Shown here piece after piece: positions 20,158-27,437 of a stretch of DNA of 64,000 bases. How positions within the stretch are numbered: the stretch's first letter is position 1; the number at the start of each line of letters is the position of its first letter. Under the pieces are notes generated by a model that was not told the DNA's origin, ran no database searches, and was given only the letters and a program-made list of their open reading frames with translations. Location of the stretch: contig CAYPVH010000006.1 in NCBI GenBank assembly GCA_964414145.1, forward strand, positions 16,357 through 80,356, given 5' to 3'. Source of the stretch: an uncultured Gammaproteobacteria bacterium (GTDB taxonomy: Bacteria; Patescibacteriota; Microgenomatia; UBA1406). A program made the position numbers and the translations under genes.

Positions 20158-20366
20158 ACCAAGTCTCGTACCTTTACCTTAAGTTTTTTTGCAATTCTAT
20201 TTAATAAAGGAAGTGAGGGGTTGTTTCTTCCTTGTTCAATATACCCCATATACACCCGGCTAATACCAACCATGTCTGCAAGCTCTTCTTGTGATAATTT
20301 ACGCTCAAGTCTGTATTTCTGAATTTTGTTACCGACTTTTTTAGCAACACGGCCAAGTTTACCCAT
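20154..20366 (-). CDS. XRE-family HTH regulator
   Basis: LSQEELADMVGISRVYMGYIEQGRNNPSL. Confidence 0.9.
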   Translation of the reverse strand: MGKLGRVAKKVGNKIQKYRLERKLSQEELADMVGISRVYMGYIEQGRNNPSLPLLNRIAKKLKVKVRDLV

Positions 20367-20399
20367 ATTGGCATTATCGTTAGAGAAGGTGAATATATC

Positions 20400-20430
20400 T
20401 ACTAAGCAACACTTAGCAGTGTGTTTAGTA
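20400..20430. promoter_or_regulatory. Imperfect palindrome between divergent XRE and OB-fold genes (candidate operator)
   Basis: TACTAAGCAACAC...GTGTGTTTAGTA. Confidence 0.4.
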
Positions 20431-20518
20431 TTGGCCTTGCAATTAACCTATTCATAATTTATTATTGTCATCAGAAATACTCTAATTTAGACTTAGCAAG
20501 AAAGGAGATGAAAAGAAA

Positions 20519-20980
20519 CTGAAAAAACTACTTAAATGGGGAGGTATAGCTTTAGTTGTGATTATTGTTATAGGTGCTGTTGCAGGTGGTGGTTCAAGTT
20601 CTACTCCCAACTCAAATACTCAGGAGGTGAAGAAAGAAAGTTCAAATACTGAGACAGAGAAAGAAGTAGCTAAAGAACCTGAAGAAATATCTGTACAAGA
20701 ACTTGCAGATGACTTTGACGGCAATCAAGTTGCAGCAGAGTCAAAATGGGGAGGAAAATTTGTAAAGTTTAGTGCTGAAATATCTAATATTACTGATACA
20801 GGTATATCCTTTACCGATGTAGCCACAAAAGATTTTTCAATGACTCAAATTAGTTGCAAGATAAAGGATAAGAATCAGCTTATGCCTCTAAAGAACGGCG
20901 AGACAGTTACAGTAAAAGGTGTTATTGGTGATCAAATGATCGGTGTAATAGAACTAAAGGAATGCGAGGTTGTTAATTAA
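20519..20980 (+). CDS. Membrane-anchored OB-fold (tRNA_anti-like) protein, probable CTG start
   Basis: NQVAAESKWGGK and LKNGETVTVKG motifs; full anchor LKKLLKWGGIALVV begins at CTG 20519 after AAGGAGATGA. Confidence 0.7.
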   Translation: MKKLLKWGGIALVVIIVIGAVAGGGSSSTPNSNTQEVKKESSNTETEKEVAKEPEEISVQELADDFDGNQVAAESKWGGKFVKFSAEISNITDTGISFTDVATKDFSMTQISCKIKDKNQLMPLKNGETVTVKGVIGDQMIGVIELKECEVVN

Positions 20981-20997
20981 TGTAAAGACAGTCTTGT

Positions 20998-21028
20998 GAA
21001 AAACCGCTCTATAGAAGAGCGGTTTTTC
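20998..21028. terminator. Bidirectional intrinsic terminator
   Basis: GAAAAACCGCTCT-ATAGA-AGAGCGGTTTTTC between convergent genes. Confidence 0.8.
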
Positions 21029-21037
21029 TTCTGTTTA

Positions 21038-21454
21038 CTACTCACTTATATTTTCATACCGTCCATCTTCATAAGGTGGGTAACAAATCTCATAAGCGGT
21101 TAAACTTGAATCATCATCTGCAAACCATTGCATTGTCTCGTCTATATTAACAATAACACTTATTGGTCTACCATCTGCTATATAAACTGTTTTTCCATTT
21201 ATCTCCAGTCTACCTTTTCCAGAAATATATCCTTCTATTGTTTTATTTCCCTTTAATACTCTCTGGAGTGGAGTATGTTTGCCAGGCGAGATACGAATAA
21301 TACCTAAGTCTCTGCTATTATCTCCTACAAATCTATAAACATCACATTCAACACCATCTATTACTTGAATTGTCTCTATAAATTCTACTGGCAATTCTTG
21401 GCCTTCAAATAGAAATACTTCTATTGGTTTAAATGGAGCTTTTTCTGCTGTCAT
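21038..21454 (-). CDS. Cupin-like protein
   Basis: ISPGKHTP, YISGKGRLEING, EICYPPY. Confidence 0.55.
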   Translation of the reverse strand: MTAEKAPFKPIEVFLFEGQELPVEFIETIQVIDGVECDVYRFVGDNSRDLGIIRISPGKHTPLQRVLKGNKTIEGYISGKGRLEINGKTVYIADGRPISVIVNIDETMQWFADDDSSLTAYEICYPPYEDGRYENISE

Positions 21455-21557
21455 AAACTTAATTTATCAAATAGTAAGCAATAATACTAACCCAATATAA
21501 TTGAGCAACCAAAATGCATGATATAATATATTGTAGAAGCAAATTTTAAGCATTTAT

Positions 21558-21585
21558 AGCTCCGCTTTTAAGCGGGGCTTTTTTT
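21558..21585 (+). terminator. Intrinsic terminator
   Basis: AGCTCCGCTT-TT-AAGCGGGGCT followed by T tract. Confidence 0.7.
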
Positions 21586-21614
21586 AATAATTAAATATAA
21601 AGGAGATGAGAAAA

Positions 21615-21773
21615 ATGAAGAAAAATAAAATAGACAGTGAAATTAAAACAAGTTCTTATTTTAAAGAGACAGAAGCATTATTTAATAAGATAGTTATAGC
21701 AGTAAATTCATTAGAGGAAAGAGTAAATATACTAGAATGTAGAGATGAACAAATCCAAGAGCAGGATAAATAA
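21615..21773 (+). CDS. Small protein (52 aa), not in ORF track
   Basis: AAGGAG 9 nt upstream; MKKNKIDSEIKTSSYFKETEALFNKIVIAVNSLEERVNILECRDEQIQEQDK. Confidence 0.5.
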   Translation: MKKNKIDSEIKTSSYFKETEALFNKIVIAVNSLEERVNILECRDEQIQEQDK

Positions 21774-21786
21774 GAAAAAAGTAAAT

Positions 21787-21834
21787 ATTCGTAGCAATCT
21801 AAATTCTAACAGACTATATGAGATTGCTACGAAT
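21787..21834. repeat. Perfect 14-bp inverted repeat
   Basis: ATTCGTAGCAATCT-20 nt-AGATTGCTACGAAT. Confidence 0.8.
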
Positions 21835-21899
21835 TATTTTGAATATATAAAGTTCTTCATCACTTGACTTCCCAAACCCTTCCGGTATTCTTGGGTTAA

Positions 21900-22076
21900 A
21901 TGAATGATTACAGTAATCTAAATAAGCATAAGAAGCAATTAATAAAGCTAATAAAAAGATGTGAAAACTACTTCTATAAGTACCTACTTACAGAAGACAA
22001 GGAATACATAGATAAGTTCTTTGCTATATCTGGAAAACTAAAGAGGATAATCCAATATGATAAACGGAAACAATAA
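21900..22076 (+). CDS. Small basic protein (58 aa) overlapping recombinase start, not in ORF track
   Basis: MNDYSNLNKHKKQLIKLIKRCENYFYKYLLTEDKEYIDKFFAISGKLKRIIQYDKRKQ; TTGACT...TATTCT upstream. Confidence 0.5.
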   Translation: MNDYSNLNKHKKQLIKLIKRCENYFYKYLLTEDKEYIDKFFAISGKLKRIIQYDKRKQ

Positions 22077-23367
22077 CATAAATTACTGTCTTTATGCCAG
22101 AAAGTCATCTGAATCAGATGAAAGACAAGCGATGAGTATAGATGGACAGCTAAAAGAAATGTACTATGTTGCCAAAAAAGAGAAACTAAATATATCAGAT
22201 GTTATTACAGAAAGTCACTCTGCGAAAGAGTCAGGTGAAAGACCAGGCTTTAATCAGTTAATAACAAAAATCACAAAAGGAGATTTTAATGCAGTCCTTA
22301 CTTGGGCACCTGACCGATTAAGCAGAAATGCGGGTGACTTAGGAAGAATAGTGGACCTAATGGATCAACAAAAGTTAGTTCAGATAAGAACTCACTCCCA
22401 ATCATTTAGTAATAATCCTAATGAAAAGTTCCTGCTTATGATTCTCTGTTCTCAAGCCAAACTAGAGAATGATAATAGGGGAATAAATGTTAAACGTGGA
22501 CTCAGAAGTAAATGCGAAGCAGGTATCCGTCCGGGTGTAGCTCCTGTTGGATATATAAATGTACATAAAGAAAATAGAATAGCAACTATTGATATTGATA
22601 AAGAAAGAGCAATGATTATTAAGGAAATGTTTAAGAAAGTTGCAAATCAAGGATATTCCGGACGAATGGTAAAGAAATGGTTAGATAATCTTGGTTTTAG
22701 AACAAAGGGTGGATACAGAATTGCTTTAAGCAAAGTATATACAATACTAAAGAATCCCTTTTACTATGGAGAATTCAAATATGGCGGTAAATGGTATCAA
22801 GGAATTCATGAGCCACTAATTACAAGAAGCCTGTTTGACAAAGTACAGATAGAACTTGAAATAACCCCAAGACAATGGAATAAACAGACATTTCCCTTCA
22901 AAAAACTATGTAAATGTGGCAGCTGTGGTGGTAGTGTAACAGCAGAGATTAAGTACAGAAGAACAAAGAATGGAAAGATTAATACTCATATATATTATCA
23001 CTGCAATAGAATTAAAAAGTATGATTGTAAAGAACCGTATATTAGAGAGGAAGACCTTATTAAACAACTAATATCTTATTTACCTAAACTTAAACTAGAT
23101 ATTAATTACTTATACAGAGAATTTGAAGTAGAAATAAAAAGACTGCAACATTTAAAAGCAACAGTTATTGATAAATATAATCCCTACAATATTCAACTCA
23201 CTCCACATAATACGAGTAGTAACAAAATGAATCTATCTAAAACTGATGTAGTGAAAGACTATGTTTTACACGTTTTAACATATGGTACACCTGAGGAGAG
23301 ATTGAAAATATTGAAAGGAGTGAAAACTAGGTTTTTGCTCTCAAAGAGAAGTCTTAAGACTATCTAA
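22057..23367 (+). CDS. Large serine recombinase
   Basis: YARKSS catalytic Ser, DRLSRN, recombinase domain (ILKNPFYYG), zinc ribbon CGSCG...YYHC. Confidence 0.95.
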   Translation: MINGNNNINYCLYARKSSESDERQAMSIDGQLKEMYYVAKKEKLNISDVITESHSAKESGERPGFNQLITKITKGDFNAVLTWAPDRLSRNAGDLGRIVDLMDQQKLVQIRTHSQSFSNNPNEKFLLMILCSQAKLENDNRGINVKRGLRSKCEAGIRPGVAPVGYINVHKENRIATIDIDKERAMIIKEMFKKVANQGYSGRMVKKWLDNLGFRTKGGYRIALSKVYTILKNPFYYGEFKYGGKWYQGIHEPLITRSLFDKVQIELEITPRQWNKQTFPFKKLCKCGSCGGSVTAEIKYRRTKNGKINTHIYYHCNRIKKYDCKEPYIREEDLIKQLISYLPKLKLDINYLYREFEVEIKRLQHLKATVIDKYNPYNIQLTPHNTSSNKMNLSKTDVVKDYVLHVLTYGTPEERLKILKGVKTRFLLSKRSLKTI

Positions 23368-23374
23368 GAAAGGT

Positions 23375-23395
23375 GGGGCGGCCTGTGGCCGCCCC
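23375..23395. terminator. GC-rich hairpin between convergent genes
   Basis: GGGGCGGCC-TGT-GGCCGCCCC. Confidence 0.65.
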
Positions 23396-23405
23396 TGTTA
23401 TTGGA

Positions 23406-23831
23406 TCAACCGACACTGATAAACTCAAGCTTAAAAGTAAGCAGCGCCGGAATCTCCACGAACCACTTGGTTCGCTCCTTGTTGGCAGGCTCAATACGAG
23501 CCGTCATACCTGCGAGACCTGCCCACTTTTCCACTTCGTGCGCCGTCAGGTCGGCATCAAAAACCTTTATTCCGAGATGCGCTCCTGGAAGAATTGCCGG
23601 GTCATCAGGGTGACCCAGCTCTTCTGTAAGCTGTACTCGAACTTTTTGGTTCTTGGGCCTTACGAAACGCGCACATCCCCAATCGCCTTCGACCCTTGAT
23701 TCTGTGTCTTCAATCCAACCTAGATGGTTGGTAAAAAAGAACACAGCACCTCGCATCATTCCGGTTCTGACCAGGAAGGCAGCATGGTCAAGACCGGCGC
23801 CTCCAATGAGGCTCCTCAGACTCTGTGTCAT
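23406..23831 (-). CDS. VOC/glyoxalase-fold protein
   Basis: LDHAAF...FFTNHLGW, HLGIKV, terminal LEF; SD GAGGAGGTG; visibly GC-richer than neighbours. Confidence 0.65.
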   Translation of the reverse strand: MTQSLRSLIGGAGLDHAAFLVRTGMMRGAVFFFTNHLGWIEDTESRVEGDWGCARFVRPKNQKVRVQLTEELGHPDDPAILPGAHLGIKVFDADLTAHEVEKWAGLAGMTARIEPANKERTKWFVEIPALLTFKLEFISVG

Positions 23832-23902
23832 CTGACACCTCCTCGTGATTTGGGTTCTTAACCCTATTTTGATTATACCACAAATATTATAGGCTTATAT
23901 TC

Positions 23903-24093
23903 TTAGAACCAAGCACTATTTCTAAAAGAGTTTTTTATGGAGTTTTTCATTCTCTAGGCCGTAAATAGGCTCTTGAAGGAATTATGCATTTTTCTAGCAA
24001 ACCATAAAAGGCCATAGTAAGCAGGTAGTTGGGTCTTGCGAAACTGTTGATAAAATGCGGAGCAGTTGGGTCTAGCACCCTCATGTCCTGATA
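23903..24093. repeat. Internal attP-like junction: arm A (23903-24055) + core (24056-24062) + arm B (24063-24093)
   Basis: Arm A 138/153 identical, no indels, to 25148-25300; arm B 28/31 identical to 4162-4192 (hand alignment). Confidence 0.9.
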
Positions 24094-24145
24094 GTCTAAA
24101 ACAAATTGAACTCACAAAATTTAATAATCTATAATATTAGCAACA

Positions 24146-25099
24146 ATGCAGGAAGAAATAACAACAACACCCGATAACTTTGATGGAGAATTAGATTCAA
24201 AGAATAATGGTGGTGAGACTCAAAAAAGTGACAAGTTAGCTCCTTCAATTGAAAGGGCAAATAATATTCAAAGATATATTGTTACCAGAAATGGCCAGAT
24301 GGTAGAGGTAACATTTGATCAAATGACACAAGAAGAAAAATCGGTTTTTGATGATTCACCAGAACTTGTTCAATTTGATCAAGACCCTTTAATGAACCCT
24401 AGTGGATTTTTTGATTATTTAAAAGTTAAAAATCCTAATTATAAATACGATGATTTAACTTCGCCTGAGATGATTAGGAAAGCAGTGGAATGGGCTCAAG
24501 AAAAGGGATTTGATCCATCTGAACTATCACCTGCGCAAATTCTGCTTTCGCAAGATTATACGCCAGGAACAAAGACTAAAGCTGAAATCGCACAAGAAGT
24601 TATAGAAGAAAGAGTAGAAAGATTACTATCGAAAAAAAAAGAATTGGCTCATATTCTTGTTCCTACCGGAAATAGATATTTTCATGCAACGCCAGACCTA
24701 GATACTGTTAGAGCTATTTTTAAAGAAGGGCTTTACTGTGATAGTAGATTAGGCCTAGATGGATCTGCAGTTCCTCTTGCTTCTTTGCCAGCTGATTCTG
24801 GTGATGCTTCTAGAGATATGATATTAAATCTCAATGTTAGAAAACTTGCAGAACCACATCGAGGACATAGATATGAAGTTATTATAGATTTACCATCTCT
24901 TACTTCACAACAAATGGCTGATTATGAGTCTAGAGCTGCAAATGGCGAAAATGTATCAACTAGCAGTTATTTTGTTGAAACTAGAGATCATGAAGTTGGG
25001 GGAGAAGGTGCTGTAATAACTTATGATGCAACTCTACCTCCAAAATACTTAAAAGGCTATATTGACCTAAATACAGGAGAATATTATCTTAAAGAATAA
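24146..25099 (+). CDS. Hypothetical protein with possible ADP-ribosyltransferase-like C-terminal domain
   Basis: YFHAT...IFKEGL and LPPKYL motifs; acidic N-terminus; TATAAT at 24130. Confidence 0.5.
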   Translation: MQEEITTTPDNFDGELDSKNNGGETQKSDKLAPSIERANNIQRYIVTRNGQMVEVTFDQMTQEEKSVFDDSPELVQFDQDPLMNPSGFFDYLKVKNPNYKYDDLTSPEMIRKAVEWAQEKGFDPSELSPAQILLSQDYTPGTKTKAEIAQEVIEERVERLLSKKKELAHILVPTGNRYFHATPDLDTVRAIFKEGLYCDSRLGLDGSAVPLASLPADSGDASRDMILNLNVRKLAEPHRGHRYEVIIDLPSLTSQQMADYESRAANGENVSTSSYFVETRDHEVGGEGAVITYDATLPPKYLKGYIDLNTGEYYLKE

Positions 25100-25147
25100 G
25101 TTATGACTATTAAGATCGTATAATTTAATTAAAATAACTTTCATACA

Positions 25148-25307
25148 TTAGAACCAGACGCTTTTTCTAAACAAGCTTTTTATGGAGTTTTTCATTCTCT
25201 AAGCTGTAGATAGGCTCTTGAAGGAATTATGCAATTTTCTAGCAAACCATATAAGGCCATAATAAGCAGGTAGTTGGGTCTTGTGAAACCGTTGATAAAA
25301 TGCGGAG
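25148..25307. repeat. tRNA-proximal att junction: arm A + core
   Basis: Direct repeat of 23903-24062, overlapping the tRNA 3' end. Confidence 0.9.
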
Positions 25308-25389
25308 AGGGTGGGATTCGAACCCACGTTCGGCGTTAACCGAAACACGCTTTCGAGGCGTGCGCAATCGTCCGCTCTGCCACCTCTCC
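25303..25389 (-). tRNA. tRNA-Ser(CGA)
   Basis: GGAGAGG/CCTCTCC acceptor stem, CACGC-CT-CGA-AA-GCGTG anticodon arm, long variable arm, GGTTCGAATCC, discriminator G, no encoded CCA. Confidence 0.97.
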
Positions 25390-25393
25390 AATT

Positions 25394-25453
25394 TAGTTGT
25401 CAGTTCTCAGTTGTCAGTTATAAGATATCGGATATCAGATATCAGTTCTCAGA
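25394..25453. repeat. Degenerate 7-bp tandem repeat (TCAGTTS/TCAGATA)
   Basis: tagttg tcagttc tcagttg tcagtta taagata tcggata tcagata tcagttc tcagata ccagata. Confidence 0.75.
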
Positions 25454-25502
25454 TACCAGATATTACATAAATATTATACCTTAAGAATATCGCCTTAATG
25501 AT

Positions 25503-27437
25503 TTATAAAACGTATTTTTTTGTATTGCTTTTGATTATATAGTCAAGTAGTTCACTCAGGCTAATACTAGCGCCACAAACCACCTTGTCGGCGCCACCGT
25601 AATAAAGATAAACTAAGTCCCCTTTTTGCACAAAACCACAGGGGAAAACTACATTATTAACTACCCCTTCTTTTTCAAACCAAGCTTCTGGCTCTAAAAT
25701 TGGGTAAAGGGTACGACCAATAACTTTAGACGGGTCATTTAATTCTAGAAGTAGGGCGCCAACTCGGTAGTGCCGATCTATTTTACTTATGCCATGATAA
25801 AAAACCAACCAACCCTCTGCAGTTTTTATGGGAGGAGTGTTGATGCCTATTTTTACTGCGTCCCAGTAACCGGCGCGCGGGGTAATTATTCCTTCCGAAC
25901 CTAAAAAATGGCCTTCTTCAAATTTTAAATCGGTAACCATGTCAATAACTATGTTTGGCTCTATTCGATGAAAAAAACAGTAGTTGCCATTAATTTTTTC
26001 GGGGAACAGAACGCCATCTTTATCCATAATATTTGGGGGTGAGATGATTTTAGGTGGCGCCCAATTTTGCCAGTTACGATTTAAAAAATCGGGAACGGTA
26101 ATGTGGGTAAAGGCCAGTTGGGCTAATCGGCCATTATGGGCTGTGTAGCACATATAAATAATGTTATCAATTAACGTGAGTCTAGGGTCTTCAGCGCCAT
26201 GGGGTAAACCAGGCTCAGCAGGCAATTCGAAGGTTTCCCGAAGGGGATAAATTGGCTCTGGTAAGCGCTCATCAATATACAAGCCGTCGATACTTATTGC
26301 CAACCCCAGGTGTGAAACGTTATTTTCAGATTGCGTTCGGTAAACAATGTAAACTTTGCCATTTATTTCGACTGCCGCCGGGTTAAAAACAGCTTGGCTT
26401 TCCCAGCTGTTTTGGGGAATTCTTTCCAGAAGCGGATTATTGGGAAACTTATGGCACTTGAGTGTTGCGGCGGTATTTGTTTCCATTTTACTCAGTAAGT
26501 TGGGCAACTTAATACTGGCAACGGCACATACCGAGTCGGCGCCACCGTAGTAAACTTTTAGCTGATTGTTCTCAACCAGCGCCCCTTCTGGAAAAACTAT
26601 GTTTTCTACCTGACCCGTTTTTTCGTAGTCTGTTTGGGGAATAAGTAAGGGGTTTTCTACCCGACCAATAATTTTTTTGGGATCCTGTAAATCCAGCAAA
26701 ACGCCTTCGATACGAAATTCTGTGGGAATATTACTACTTGAATAGTGCTTCATGTATGAATATATGATAAGCCAACCCTGTTCAAGCTTTATAGGAGGCG
26801 CCCCAAATTCTACATGGTCGCTATTGACCCGTTTCAGATTAAAGGTATGCTGGTTTAAATTGGCATACCAGTCTTGCCAAAAAGACTGATCCCACAATGT
26901 TTCTATATTTTTAAATTGAGCAATGGCAGTTGAGGCAAATGGCGTATCGGTGTTTACCGAAAGCATAACTGTATACAAGTCATTTATTTTTTGTGGGAAT
27001 AAACTCATGGCCTTGGCGTTAAAAGGTGTTACCAAATGCTTTTCTTCTACATTTTCAAGGTCGCTGCTTATGGCTAAGGCAACCTTAATACCATGGCTTG
27101 AATGAGGGTAATTGGCTAGCGCGGTATAGAAAATGTAATACTTGTTGTTAATGTAAGTAACCCGCGGATCTTCACAGCCATACCTTTCCCACGAATATTT
27201 TGGTTTAATAAATTGTGTTCGATCTGTAAAGTTATAACCGTCAATACTCTCTGCTTTACCAATTGTTGATAATCTTAATTCTTTTGTATTAATGTTTACC
27301 ACGTTACTCATTGCTCGGTATAACATGGTGTATTTATTGGCTTGCTTAACCACACAACCGTTAAATGTGGCAAAGCCTTCCCAGTCGTTTTGCAAATTTG
27401 GCTTTAAAATTGGGTTTTGAGGGTAACGAATTAGCAT
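25503..27437 (-). CDS. GH130-like glycoside phosphorylase/hydrolase, two tandem domains
   Basis: Two copies of NPIL/NPLL, FN(G/P), EDPR, V.N(I/V)VFP, YYGGAD. Confidence 0.9.
   Translation of the reverse strand: MLIRYPQNPILKPNLQNDWEGFATFNGCVVKQANKYTMLYRAMSNVVNINTKELRLSTIGKAESIDGYNFTDRTQFIKPKYSWERYGCEDPRVTYINNKYYIFYTALANYPHSSHGIKVALAISSDLENVEEKHLVTPFNAKAMSLFPQKINDLYTVMLSVNTDTPFASTAIAQFKNIETLWDQSFWQDWYANLNQHTFNLKRVNSDHVEFGAPPIKLEQGWLIIYSYMKHYSSSNIPTEFRIEGVLLDLQDPKKIIGRVENPLLIPQTDYEKTGQVENIVFPEGALVENNQLKVYYGGADSVCAVASIKLPNLLSKMETNTAATLKCHKFPNNPLLERIPQNSWESQAVFNPAAVEINGKVYIVYRTQSENNVSHLGLAISIDGLYIDERLPEPIYPLRETFELPAEPGLPHGAEDPRLTLIDNIIYMCYTAHNGRLAQLAFTHITVPDFLNRNWQNWAPPKIISPPNIMDKDGVLFPEKINGNYCFFHRIEPNIVIDMVTDLKFEEGHFLGSEGIITPRAGYWDAVKIGINTPPIKTAEGWLVFYHGISKIDRHYRVGALLLELNDPSKVIGRTLYPILEPEAWFEKEGVVNNVVFPCGFVQKGDLVYLYYGGADKVVCGASISLSELLDYIIKSNTKKYVL

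Larger units (their letters stand above)
4155..24062. mobile_element. ~19.9-kb integrative element / defence island with large serine recombinase
   Basis: Bounded by TGCGGAG cores with arm B at left and arm A at right; contains recombinase, ParB-MTase, XRE and RM-like genes. Confidence 0.8.
24056..25307. mobile_element. One-gene non-autonomous cassette (1245 bp core to core)
   Basis: Same core/arm B/arm A ends as the large element; single ORF; no recombinase. Confidence 0.75.

Noticed and set aside
17694-23367. Intact prophage
   Set aside because: No large terminase, portal, capsid, tail or lysis genes recognisable.
23373-23835. Plus-strand ORFs of 108, 70 and 60 aa
   Set aside because: Shadows of the GC-rich minus-strand VOC gene, which has the SD and motifs.
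23903-24055. Arm A as a duplicated coding fragment
   Set aside because: The 15 substitutions between copies fall in all three codon positions and no convincing ORF spans it.
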